From assembly GCA_029564175.1 (NCBI GenBank), contig JAKQQL010000210.1, positions 1-18,389 on the forward strand: 18,389 nucleotides of DNA, read 5' to 3'. This DNA comes from Candidatus Cloacimonadota bacterium. GTDB lineage: Bacteria; Cloacimonadota; Cloacimonadia; Cloacimonadales; WRIO01. The position numbers were made by a program, and so were the translations under genes. The notes under the pieces were generated by a model. The model saw only the letters and a list, made by a program, of their open reading frames with translations, was not told the DNA's origin and did no database searches. Positions 1 to 10,832 of this stretch are shown here, piece by piece; the stretch's first letter is position 1; each line of letters starts with the position of its first letter.

Positions 1-324
1 TTGCTTATCTTCTTTAACGAATAGGATGGTCGTTTTACAACTTACATTTCATCTATTGATAAACGGGTCGTTTTTGGTATATATTTTAATAAAACAATAT
101 TTAAAGAAGTCTTGTTTTAACATATATGTTTTCTACAGGATAGATAAGGGAATCATTAGAGACTAATTATATTTATAAAAAGATATCTAATTGTTTTTTA
201 GTAATTTGCATCAATACAAATCATATTGTCTAAGAATGATAAAAATAATCATGCAATAGATAATCAAAGCGTTTTTTTTTCAAAAAATTCTTGCAGAAAT
301 GTTTATATTTTAAGTTTAAACAGA

Positions 325-2697
325 CTAATAGCCAATAATGATTTTGTCTTTCTTCCTAAGAATGTTTTTCCCTTTGTAACCAGCTTCCAAATAAACAGGA
401 TAAATCCCTGGCAGTACATTTTTTTTATTTTGATCTTTGCCATCCCAAATTATGATGTATTGGCCTTGATTGTATAGATTGCAATGAAGTTCGTTAATTT
501 TAATTCCATTAATATCAAAAATAATCGCTTTAAATGATACTCCATTTTCAAGATAATAAAAAGAAATAGAAGTTTGTTCTGAGCGATAAGGGGAAAAAAC
601 TCGTGGATTTATATTCAAAGTTTTTCCGGTATGAGGTGTCTCGATAAACAGGCTGTTTTGTTTACCAATTGTATTAGTTTCAAGACATGATCCCCAGTTC
701 TGATCATTCGCAACAATTTGAGGAAACTTTCTTTCGATAGAGATACCCTTTGTTTTACTCCAGTTAGGATTATATGAAAATCTTTCAATCTGATTGCCAA
801 ACTTGTCTTTCAGAATAAGTTCTTCTCCCAAATTCGAAAGGCTGGCTAATCCATAATAAACAGGTATATCGGAGATATTGTAGTGAGTCTGTAACCATAA
901 AGAGTCGCTTCGGGTAGGAGTCACTATCAAATAATCAGATGTTGTTACGGGGATTTTTACACTGTCTTCGTTGGCATAAAGTATCAGGCTATCAAGAACA
1001 GGGTAACAATTGTTCATTTTCAACTCAATCCATTCGGGTTCACTTGTCAGCGGATTATACATAATTTCATTAATTACCCATGGAAGAGAATTATGAAGCC
1101 AGGCATTTTTTTTAAACAAAACGATCATTTCATTATTCTGAAAATAGCTGATTTTGTATGTGAACATTGTGTAAGTATTTAAATGTTTAGGCGAATTGAT
1201 CTCTATTTCGAGAGAATCTAACAAAGTAAAATCATGATCATATACAACATGATCCAGTAAAATATCATTCGTTTCGAAAAGCTGTATTCTGATATCAACT
1301 GGCACATTGCTGTTAATCAGAGAAATTGTATGCAAAATTGAACTTTCTGACTCAATCAAACTAAGTTCATTTACATGCACCTGACTCGCTTGATTATGAA
1401 GCATATTTTGCTGTCCTGGACTCGCTCCGGTTGGAGATTGGCTCGCTATCCACTGAATCTGATTATCTATATTATGTTTTTCTAAAGAGATACCTTTTGG
1501 TGTTGAATTCGCCTGATAAGCAACCGAATCAGCAAGCAAATCTTCAAATAGATACAGCTTTAACTGATCTCCAGAATTATTAAGTGATGCCCATGAATCA
1601 GTTTCTATAATATTTTCAGTCATAAGAGAGGGGTAGTTTTGCTGCAGAAGAAACAGATCAGGAGTTAATACTATCCATTGCTTAGGGGGAAATGAGCCGG
1701 TAAAAGAAGCATGAGATCCAGATAAATCTTCTATAAACGCATTCGTTACAACAATCATGCTGTCTGATTGATTATATATTTCTATCCATTCAGGATTCCC
1801 TGTTGAAGGAGAATGCATCATCTCATTGATTAAAAGTGGTGATTCTCCGACCAGGAAACGGGTCTCAAAAGAGTTGTTAAGTGGGTTGATATCCTGATGA
1901 CAATGAAGCAGTATTTTTAGTTGATAAATCCCTGTGGATAAATGATTGAAATTTGTGGATAAAAAACAAAAACATTCATTATTAAATTCTGTAACAGGCT
2001 GTAAGTCATAGGAAATATTATCAATTAGGTATTCCACACATAATGTGGATATATCCACAGGTATTGTGGATAAGTTGTGAATAATTGTGTGTATATTTAT
2101 GTTAGAATCTGTTTCTGAAACGTAAACATCTGAAATTTCGACATCTACAAAATCAGTGTTCGAACTGCCAGGTGTTAAACATTTGACAATTAACCAATCT
2201 TCAATTGAATTAGTATCCAGACCATCCTGGATTCTAGCAACAGATAATGCACTCTCTATACCTGCAAATAACTCAGTTGCTGGATTTCCAGTATCATCAG
2301 GGAGCAAATTTGTATTTGGAGAATCATAAACAAAGGTATCTGTATAAGACTCATCAGGATTTGTTAGTCTGATGGCATCGCTGGAAGAACCACCGTTTTG
2401 AAAACTAAGATTTGCATACAAATGTGCATTGGGAATATTTTGTTCTCCTATCAGCAAATAACTATAGGGCTCCAGTATAAATTCCTGAAAAGTATAATTA
2501 TTTGTAAATGAAGTCCCTGCAGACTGAATTCTCCAACCAAGCAGATTGACCGAATCATTTGAGTTGTTATAAAGCTCAATCCATTCATTTCCTTCATCTG
2601 CACCGGCAGGATCAATCATAATCTCATTGATCACTACAGCAGCATGTAACACATTAATAAATGCAATTAAAACCAATATCAGTCTGAGGATTTTCAT
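325..2697 (-). CDS. Secreted lamin-tail-domain (LTD) repeat protein with CARDB-like segment and C-terminal FlgD/T9SS-type Ig-like domain
   Basis: Signal peptide (MKILRLILVLIAFINVLHA). Three LTD-type motifs: VINEIM..EWIELYN, LINEMM..EWIEIYN, VINEIM..EWIELK. C-terminus PRVFSP...IFDINGIKI...IWDGKDQNKKNVLPGIY is FlgD-Ig-like. ATG at 2697 has GAGGA upstream; the ORF track starts at TTG 2700. Confidence 0.8.
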   Translation of the reverse strand: MKILRLILVLIAFINVLHAAVVINEIMIDPAGADEGNEWIELYNNSNDSVNLLGWRIQSAGTSFTNNYTFQEFILEPYSYLLIGEQNIPNAHLYANLSFQNGGSSSDAIRLTNPDESYTDTFVYDSPNTNLLPDDTGNPATELFAGIESALSVARIQDGLDTNSIEDWLIVKCLTPGSSNTDFVDVEISDVYVSETDSNINIHTIIHNLSTIPVDISTLCVEYLIDNISYDLQPVTEFNNECFCFLSTNFNHLSTGIYQLKILLHCHQDINPLNNSFETRFLVGESPLLINEMMHSPSTGNPEWIEIYNQSDSMIVVTNAFIEDLSGSHASFTGSFPPKQWIVLTPDLFLLQQNYPSLMTENIIETDSWASLNNSGDQLKLYLFEDLLADSVAYQANSTPKGISLEKHNIDNQIQWIASQSPTGASPGQQNMLHNQASQVHVNELSLIESESSILHTISLINSNVPVDIRIQLFETNDILLDHVVYDHDFTLLDSLEIEINSPKHLNTYTMFTYKISYFQNNEMIVLFKKNAWLHNSLPWVINEIMYNPLTSEPEWIELKMNNCYPVLDSLILYANEDSVKIPVTTSDYLIVTPTRSDSLWLQTHYNISDIPVYYGLASLSNLGEELILKDKFGNQIERFSYNPNWSKTKGISIERKFPQIVANDQNWGSCLETNTIGKQNSLFIETPHTGKTLNINPRVFSPYRSEQTSISFYYLENGVSFKAIIFDINGIKINELHCNLYNQGQYIIIWDGKDQNKKNVLPGIYPVYLEAGYKGKNILRKKDKIIIGY
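1933..2096. promoter_or_regulatory. Cluster of DnaA-box-like 9-mers inside the LTD coding sequence
   Basis: TGTGGATAA at 1933-1941, 1954-1962 and 2065-2073. TGTGAATAA at 2076-2084. One-mismatch boxes TGTGGATAT 2044-2052, ATATCCACA 2051-2059 and TGTGTATAT 2088-2096. Confidence 0.55.
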
Positions 2698-2774
2698 CAA
2701 TGGATCCTCTTTTTAAGGTTTTTACTTAAAATCTATACAAAGCATCATTAAAGCTTTGTATCAACAAAAAAAGC

Positions 2775-3401
2775 TTAGTCTGTCAGCTCAATTCTGTACT
2801 GAACATCTTTATCCAGCACAGTTGTCTGATCACCAAATGTAAGGATATTCCCCTCTTCATCTCTGATTTCAAAGGTATAAAAGAAGTAGTTTGGATTATC
2901 AGGATTCATATTCGAATAGGGCAATCGAAACCATAAAGAATCCTGTGGGTTCAAATCCTGATAGAAAAAGAGATCATCTGAAGCATAGGTATGCCCTTCA
3001 AAATGTTGTTTATAAACGAGATTTCGGTACTTTTTGCTGGATAAATTTACTATTTTCAAACCAGCTCTATTGGGATACAGATAAGCTTTGAGGTTTTTAT
3101 CTGCCTGAATGTTCACAGAGGTGTCAGTATATTCCAGATCATTATTATAACTATCTGTCATTATGTATGTTTCGCCTTCAATTTTAATACCAATTTCCTT
3201 TTCAGCGGTATTGAAAGGAGTTTGTTTGCCCACAGAAAAGCTATGGGTACGGCTTTGTGAGGGAGGTAACGTGTAATCTCTGTTTTGTATTGTATAATAC
3301 ACGTTGTGATTACATCTGTTAATCAGTGTGAAATCGCCTTCTTTAGCGCAGGCACTGATTAAAATAAACATGAGGATGATGATTAGTTTTGAAATCTTCA
3401 T
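2775..3401 (-). CDS. Hypothetical lipoprotein
   Basis: MKISK, a hydrophobic stretch and an ISAC lipobox. 4-bp overlap with the upstream gene's stop. Confidence 0.7.
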   Translation of the reverse strand: MKISKLIIILMFILISACAKEGDFTLINRCNHNVYYTIQNRDYTLPPSQSRTHSFSVGKQTPFNTAEKEIGIKIEGETYIMTDSYNNDLEYTDTSVNIQADKNLKAYLYPNRAGLKIVNLSSKKYRNLVYKQHFEGHTYASDDLFFYQDLNPQDSLWFRLPYSNMNPDNPNYFFYTFEIRDEEGNILTFGDQTTVLDKDVQYRIELTD

Positions 3402-4507
3402 ATATGATCTCCAAGTATTTTTTTAACAATATCCAGCAATATCTTGCCATCAATTGGTTTATTGATTATTCCCTTTACCTTACTCTCACTGACTTGTTCT
3501 GGATATAAGTTGCTGGTTTGCGATTTACTAATAATCACCGGACATGGACACATATCTATCTTTTTTGCATAATCTTTGATATTTTTGCTGCCTGTAATTT
3601 CATTAAGAATGAGTAATTTTGGTGGAAACTGGCTGATCGTATCAAAGAGAAGACTAAAATCATTGATCTGTACAATTTTTGACGTAATTCGCTTAGATAA
3701 ATATTCAGTGATATACTCAGTTACTATTTTTTTTTCATCATAGACGATGATATATTTACTCTCTGGATTCATGATTTGATAGGAAACCTCAGGCAAGGGA
3801 TTATCATAGCTTTCAACCTGATAAACCATATTCGGGTTGTTTCTTATAAAATCATATTCAAAATATTTTTCAATAATTTCTTTTGTCGAACTGCTATACA
3901 GGTAATATTCAAAAGCAAAACATTCTTTTCTGATTTTTCTGAAGTTACCTGATATAATCAATTTATCAAATGGAAGTTTCAGCTCAATATTGTAAATCGT
4001 ACGGCCATTATAATCGTTTAACAAATGGTCCAGATCACCAGAGAAATGAATCTCCTTTGAATTGAGATAAGTTACTTTTCTAAACTCAGGCATATTTTTA
4101 ATTTTATAAGTCAAACTAATATTGTCTTCTTGTTTAGGATACACTTCGTAAGGTGTCTTTTGGTATTTGAGACTGTCAGGGATCGAGAATTCTAAAAACT
4201 TTCGTGATGAAGCGACATCAGATTGGACGAACTTTGTTTCAAACCAAATATCATACCTGTCAGAATGATGAACGGCTTCTATCTTAAATTTGTAAGAAGT
4301 GCCAGCCCTTAAATCCTGATTGTATTTAACGGGATGAAACTGATATAAGTATATAAATTGAGAGCACTTATCAATTTTTGTGGTAACACTTTCGCCTAAA
4401 ATACTGGTAAGTACGACATGGGGTTGTGAGGCTATCTCCGTGAGTAGATTCTCTATGTCAGCTGTCTTTTTTAAAATCAGATCTGATTTGGATGAAAATA
4501 TACCCAT
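3398..4507 (-). CDS. Hypothetical protein; possible degenerate YcgR/PilZ-like N-terminal region plus C-terminal receiver-like domain
   Basis: 369-aa ORF with AGAGG upstream. The C-terminus follows the REC pattern (IIVYDE...PKLLILNE...PVIIS...IINKPID). The middle (WFETKFVQ...LEFSIPDSL) resembles PilZN/YcgR. Confidence 0.55.
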   Translation of the reverse strand: MGIFSSKSDLILKKTADIENLLTEIASQPHVVLTSILGESVTTKIDKCSQFIYLYQFHPVKYNQDLRAGTSYKFKIEAVHHSDRYDIWFETKFVQSDVASSRKFLEFSIPDSLKYQKTPYEVYPKQEDNISLTYKIKNMPEFRKVTYLNSKEIHFSGDLDHLLNDYNGRTIYNIELKLPFDKLIISGNFRKIRKECFAFEYYLYSSSTKEIIEKYFEYDFIRNNPNMVYQVESYDNPLPEVSYQIMNPESKYIIVYDEKKIVTEYITEYLSKRITSKIVQINDFSLLFDTISQFPPKLLILNEITGSKNIKDYAKKIDMCPCPVIISKSQTSNLYPEQVSESKVKGIINKPIDGKILLDIVKKILGDHI

Positions 4508-4525
4508 AATGACCTCTCTTTAATC

Positions 4526-4559
4526 TTTTAAAAGCAGTCAGGGTCATAAGACCCTGACT
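4526..4559 (-). terminator. Rho-independent terminator after eno
   Basis: Perfect 10-bp stem AGTCAGGGTC-ATAA-GACCCTGACT (4536-4559), followed on the minus strand by GCTTTT. Confidence 0.75.
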
Positions 4560-4574
4560 ATATAATCGTATGTT

Positions 4575-5882
<1,308 letters not shown>

Positions 5883-5888
5883 TCAAAT

Positions 5889-6839
5889 CTATGACTGTTT
5901 GAAAAGTTCGTTTAATGTCTTGACAGAGCCAAGTAATGCGCTTGATTCATAAGGCAGAATAACCGTTTTATCCCCTTTTTGAATTAACTCAGCAAAAGCA
6001 TTAATATATTTTAAAGCCAGTAAGTATTGAGCTGGATCAGTTTTAGTAGCTGCAACAGCAGATGATACTCTTCTGATTGCTTCAGCTTCTGCTTCAGCGA
6101 CTACCAGTTTTGACTGAGCTTCACCTTCTGCACGGGTAATCGCAGCAATTTTATCGCCTTCTGCTACAGTCATTTGTGATTGTTTATCACCTTCCGCTTC
6201 AAGGATTTTAGCACGTTTGTCACGTTCTGCGCGCATTTGTTTTTCCATTGCAGCACGAATTTCTTTTGGGGGATTAATATCCTGTAATTCCACACGGTTG
6301 ACTTTTACTCCCCATTTATCAGAAGCTTCATCTAAAATATCTCTGAGTTTTGAATTGATAGTATCTCTGGAAGTCAATGTCTTGTCCAGATCAAGTTCAC
6401 CAATCACATTACGGAGAGTCGTTTGTGTCAATTTTTCAATTGCATCTGGTAAATTATTAATTTCATAGATTGCCTTAAACGGATCAGTTACCTGAAAATA
6501 AACTAAGGCATTGATTTCGATAGAAACGTTATCAGAGGTAATTACATTTTGTTTTGGAAAGTCATAAACAGACTCTCTTAAATCCATTCTGTTAATCATC
6601 GTTTGTTGGATGTATTTATTACCTTTGAAGTCTTCCTTGATGTAACGCCAGTTAAAAGAACGGGGTTTATCGACAATAGGCCAGATAATATGAAGACCAC
6701 TGCTTAATGTTTTGTGATAACGTCCTAATCTTTCAACGATAATCACTTCTGCCTGTTGAACTACTTTTAAACCCTTTGATGCTAAAACTAAGACAAAGAG
6801 TACGATAATGATGATGAGACCAAGACTTGATAAAATCAT
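5889..6839 (-). CDS. SPFH/band 7 (stomatin, QmcA-like) membrane protein
   Basis: N-terminal TM segment; motifs VERLGRY, QNVITSDN, TTLRNVIG, WGVKVNRVE and MEKQMRAERDKRA. ATGA overlap with the NfeD gene. Confidence 0.95.
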   Translation of the reverse strand: MILSSLGLIIIIVLFVLVLASKGLKVVQQAEVIIVERLGRYHKTLSSGLHIIWPIVDKPRSFNWRYIKEDFKGNKYIQQTMINRMDLRESVYDFPKQNVITSDNVSIEINALVYFQVTDPFKAIYEINNLPDAIEKLTQTTLRNVIGELDLDKTLTSRDTINSKLRDILDEASDKWGVKVNRVELQDINPPKEIRAAMEKQMRAERDKRAKILEAEGDKQSQMTVAEGDKIAAITRAEGEAQSKLVVAEAEAEAIRRVSSAVAATKTDPAQYLLALKYINAFAELIQKGDKTVILPYESSALLGSVKTLNELFKQS

Positions 6840-7273
6840 TTTTCCTCCTTAGGTTTTACAATGACTTTGTTTCCTTCTGTTTCAACTATTGTTACCTGAG
6901 TGCCTTCTTCGATCATATCCATATTCAAATTGAAGACAGCAGACCATTCTTCGCCACCTATTTTTACATAACCTCTGCCGTTTTTTGGAATTGCTTTGGT
7001 TACGATACCGGTTTTCCCTTTAAGCGCAAAGATATTACTTTCGGTTGTATCATTTTTTAATATTGATTTGGCGAAACGCTTCATGAGTATAAAAGCAAAA
7101 AAGGTACTAATCGCGTAAACAGCCAGCTGTATGACAAGGTTATCGGTAAAATAGGCTGCTAAACCAGTTAGTATAGCGCCTGCCCCAAAACTGAAAAAGA
7201 AGAATCCTGGTGTAAATATTTCTACAATAAAACACAGGATACCAAGTGCAAGCCAGACAATCCACGCATCCAT
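6836..7273 (-). CDS. NfeD family protein (short, YbbJ-like)
   Basis: Hydrophobic N-terminus with EIFTPGFF; C-terminal OB-fold motif GYVKIGGEEWSA...GNKVIV; directly upstream of the SPFH gene. Confidence 0.92.
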   Translation of the reverse strand: MDAWIVWLALGILCFIVEIFTPGFFFFSFGAGAILTGLAAYFTDNLVIQLAVYAISTFFAFILMKRFAKSILKNDTTESNIFALKGKTGIVTKAIPKNGRGYVKIGGEEWSAVFNLNMDMIEEGTQVTIVETEGNKVIVKPKEEK

Positions 7274-7282
7274 AGAAACCTC

Positions 7283-8206
7283 CTACTTTTTATCTTCAGT
7301 GGAATTTACTTCTGTTTTTTCCCCTGTCGTTGGATCTTTGTATATTCTTTTTACTTTTCTTTTCCGGTTACTGCCATAACCGCCATAACTGTATCTGCCA
7401 GTTGAGCCATATTTATAACTGCTGTATGATTTTCCACCACTACCTTTAGCTGTGTGGAAACCTAAAAGAGACATCAGATTTAGAATTCCGTTCATTACAA
7501 ATAAAAGTACAAAAACTGCCAGAGTTACACCAACAAGCCCAATAATAAATCTGGTCGCAAAATTTGTAGTAGAAGCCAATATGTGTTTTGAACCAGATAC
7601 TTTTGGACTAACAACCAGGAAAATCAGATTGTTTTGTTTATTGTGAGATTGTTCTTTGATTTGGGTTTGTAAACTGTCAATTGTTTCCTGTACGGTGTTT
7701 AACTGAATTCTTAAACGATCAGAAGTATAAGCCTGTTTAGTTTTTTGTAGATCAGCCATATACTTGTTTTTTAGTGCGATGTTCACATCCAATCTTTGTT
7801 GAATATCTTTGTCAAATGCAGTACTTTTAAACGAGCCTTCTTTTTTGTTGCCAACACTCGGATAATTTCTGATTTCATTCACGATGGCGTTATAATCGCT
7901 ATCTTTGATCTCTGCTAAATAAATAACAGCATTACTGCTTTGTTCTTTTTTAATGACATTCACGTTTGGATTATTGCTGATTTGATCGATTTTTTGACCA
8001 AACTCATCAAATTTTTCGACATTAAATTCAAATTTGGTTTTTATGAAGTTTTTGGCTTTTTTAAATTCTCTTTCTGTTTGAAATGCAATTGGATTTTGAC
8101 CTCCTCTGCTATTAAACCAGGGACCTAATTTCGCAAATCCAAAGGCTCCCAGAATAATCAAAGCAATGATTAGCAATTTAAATTGTTTTGTAAATTTTAA
8201 TCTCAT
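7283..8206 (-). CDS. Membrane-anchored coiled-coil protein, DUF4349-like
   Basis: N-terminal TM segment, alpha/beta region, coiled coil (DIQQRLD...IDSLQTQIKE), C-terminal TM segment and a G/S/Y-rich basic tail. Confidence 0.6.
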   Translation of the reverse strand: MRLKFTKQFKLLIIALIILGAFGFAKLGPWFNSRGGQNPIAFQTEREFKKAKNFIKTKFEFNVEKFDEFGQKIDQISNNPNVNVIKKEQSSNAVIYLAEIKDSDYNAIVNEIRNYPSVGNKKEGSFKSTAFDKDIQQRLDVNIALKNKYMADLQKTKQAYTSDRLRIQLNTVQETIDSLQTQIKEQSHNKQNNLIFLVVSPKVSGSKHILASTTNFATRFIIGLVGVTLAVFVLLFVMNGILNLMSLLGFHTAKGSGGKSYSSYKYGSTGRYSYGGYGSNRKRKVKRIYKDPTTGEKTEVNSTEDKK

Positions 8207-8211
8207 ACGAT

Positions 8212-9909
8212 TTATCTCCTCTTTTTCAATAATTCTTTGGCATGATTGAGTGCATATTCTGAAAGATCACCTGACAACATTCTGGCAATTTCTTTATGTC
8301 TTTCATTCTCATTGAGTAAATCGACCTGAATTTCAGTCATTTCTTCCAGCGTATTTTTTTCAATTTTAAAGTGTTTTTCAGCGTACGAAGCCACCTGAAC
8401 CAAATGTGTGATACAGATGACCTGATGATAATCACTGATATTGTATATATATTGTCCAAGCATATCTGCTGTTTTCCCTCCGATACCTGAATCAATCTCA
8501 TCAAAGATGATGGTTTGAGGTGGCAGATTGTTTGCCAGTATTTTTTTGATTACCAGAAGTAATCGTGATAATTCACCTCCTGAAGCGGAATGTTTTAATA
8601 TTTGTAATTGTCCGCCCTTATTGGCATTGAAAAGAAACTCAACCTGATCCTGACCCGTTTCTTTTAACCCTATGACTCTGTTCGCTTGATTATTACATAT
8701 GTCTTGATTTTTGTCAACTTTTATTTTTACGTTTGCTGATGGAATGGCTAAATCCTGTAAATTTTCTTCAATTTCTGAAGCAAAATTAATCGCTGACTGA
8801 TTTCTTTTTAAACTGAGCGAATCGGCCTTTACAAGCAAATCTTGCCTTAATTGATCAAGACTGTTTTTAGCCTCTTCTATCTTATCTTTTAAAGAATTAT
8901 GCTCTTTTAAATATTTTTGCATTTCTGTTTTGTATGCAATAATTTCTGAGATACTTTTTCGGTATTTTGTCTTAATTTGATGCAAAAGCTGGATTCTGCT
9001 TTCTACTTCATCCAGTCGGTTTTGATCAAGGTAGATCTCTTGAGGGATTTGTCGTGAAATTTGAACTAAATCATCAAAATGAGATAAAATTGCCTGTAAA
9101 TGTTCATTTTGTTCACTAATCAGATTATTCATTCGGGCAAATCGTTCAAACAAATTACAAAATGATGAAATCTGATCATAGACGGCATTTTCCTTTTCAT
9201 AAAGATGATGATTCAACTGATCACAGGCATCCAGTATTTCCTGAGCATTAGATAATACCTGATACTCGGCATCCAGTTCTTGTTCTTCATCCGCTTTCAG
9301 TTTTAAGTCTTCAATCTCATTGATCTGAAATTCATAGAGTCTGATTTTATCTTCGGACTTTCTTTCTTCTGATTCCAGTTTTTTTAAATGAGAAACCTGA
9401 GATTGATATGCATGGAAACATTGTGTATATTCATCTCGTTCAGAATCAAGTCTGGCAAAATGGTCTAAACATAATAACTGAAAATCTTCATTGAGTAATA
9501 ATTGTTGGTCACGTTGGCTGTGAAAGTCGAAGAGTGAGTCTCTGAATTCACGTATGATGGTATTTGTTACTTTTCTGCCATTGATAAATACGCTTGATTT
9601 TCCATCTGTTTGAATCTCTCTTGAAAAGAAAAGTTCATTGTCTGAAATATCAATATCATACTGATTGATTAGATTCATTAACGCCTGATTTTGAGAATTG
9701 ATGGAGAATATTGCTGAAAGACTGACTTTTTGCTTAGGATCTCTGAATACATTCCCCTTTAGCTGACCGCCCATTATCAGATGAATCGCACCGACAATGA
9801 TTGACTTTCCAGCACCGGTCTCTCCTGTTAATATTTGTAACCCACTGGAAAACGACAGTTTCAGCGATTTTACAAAAATGAAATTCTTCAATTCTAGATA
9901 ATTTAGCAT
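8212..9909 (-). CDS. recN: DNA repair protein RecN
   Basis: Walker A GETGAGKS, long coiled coil, ASGGELSR signature, IFDEIDSGIGG and QVICITH. Downstream of NAD kinase, the common arrangement. Confidence 0.97.
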   Translation of the reverse strand: MLNYLELKNFIFVKSLKLSFSSGLQILTGETGAGKSIIVGAIHLIMGGQLKGNVFRDPKQKVSLSAIFSINSQNQALMNLINQYDIDISDNELFFSREIQTDGKSSVFINGRKVTNTIIREFRDSLFDFHSQRDQQLLLNEDFQLLCLDHFARLDSERDEYTQCFHAYQSQVSHLKKLESEERKSEDKIRLYEFQINEIEDLKLKADEEQELDAEYQVLSNAQEILDACDQLNHHLYEKENAVYDQISSFCNLFERFARMNNLISEQNEHLQAILSHFDDLVQISRQIPQEIYLDQNRLDEVESRIQLLHQIKTKYRKSISEIIAYKTEMQKYLKEHNSLKDKIEEAKNSLDQLRQDLLVKADSLSLKRNQSAINFASEIEENLQDLAIPSANVKIKVDKNQDICNNQANRVIGLKETGQDQVEFLFNANKGGQLQILKHSASGGELSRLLLVIKKILANNLPPQTIIFDEIDSGIGGKTADMLGQYIYNISDYHQVICITHLVQVASYAEKHFKIEKNTLEEMTEIQVDLLNENERHKEIARMLSGDLSEYALNHAKELLKKRR

Positions 9910-9917
9910 CTATTCCT

Positions 9918-10832
9918 CTAAAGTTTTCCCATTTTGAGTTTTTTTCTCAGGATTTGATAAAAAGTTCTATGGGATAATTTGATAAAACACATTTTCTTTG
10001 TTGATCGTTTAATCGTTATTTTATCTTTTGGAAGCAATTGAACGACATTAACTCCATCAATCTGTAAAACCGTGGAAGAGTGAGGTTCTTCCAGTTTAAA
10101 ATGCAAAGTATCTTCTGCATTAAAAATCATGGGTCTGATTGAAAGCACATGAGGATTGAGGGGATTTACTACAAAAGCTTCCATGTCTGGGGAGATAATA
10201 GGGCCGCCTGATGACATAGAATAGGCAGTAGAACCTGTTGGTGTCGCTGTAATGATGCCATCACATCTGGTTTCATAGACATAACGTTTATTGGAGAAGA
10301 GCTTTAGTGTGATCAGTTTTGACAATTCTCCTTTATAAATAACTGCATCATTAAGGGCTGGCAAGTGTACAATTCGTTCATTATTGCGAATAACAGAGAT
10401 ATCAAGCAACATTCTTTTTTCAATTTGATATTTCCCATTTATAAACATATTGATTGAAGGTATCAGCTCATTGATTTTACAGTCTGTTAAAAAACCAAGC
10501 GTACCCATGTTAAAACCTAATATAGGCGCATGAAAGTTTGATGCATAGTGTAAAGAACGGAGAATGGTACCGTCTCCGCCAAATACTAAAATACAATCTG
10601 GTTTTTTTTTGAATAAAGCTGTTTCTCCATCAATAAGACCGTTTTCAGAGCAGTCTGCCTGTAGGGTTAATCCTATGCTGTCAGCGTTTTTTTTGGAAAT
10701 TTTACAGATCTGATTTTCATCATCTGGGTTGATCAGGTAAAATCGGCAATGGTTAGTAAAATGGTCTGACAACGTTTTAAAAATGCTCTCAGAATCAATG
10801 TTCGGACGAAAAACTAATGCAATATGCTTCAT
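9918..10832 (-). CDS. nadK: NAD(+) kinase
   Basis: Motifs GGDGTIL, GFNMGTLGFL, ALND, DGIITATPTGSTAYSMSSGGP and IDG. Confidence 0.96.
   Translation of the reverse strand: MKHIALVFRPNIDSESIFKTLSDHFTNHCRFYLINPDDENQICKISKKNADSIGLTLQADCSENGLIDGETALFKKKPDCILVFGGDGTILRSLHYASNFHAPILGFNMGTLGFLTDCKINELIPSINMFINGKYQIEKRMLLDISVIRNNERIVHLPALNDAVIYKGELSKLITLKLFSNKRYVYETRCDGIITATPTGSTAYSMSSGGPIISPDMEAFVVNPLNPHVLSIRPMIFNAEDTLHFKLEEPHSSTVLQIDGVNVVQLLPKDKITIKRSTKKMCFIKLSHRTFYQILRKKLKMGKL

Noticed and set aside
1..324. AT-rich non-coding stretch with GGTCGTTTT twice (28-36, 66-74)
   Set aside because: Only two short copies, with context cut off by the window edge; no function can be assigned.
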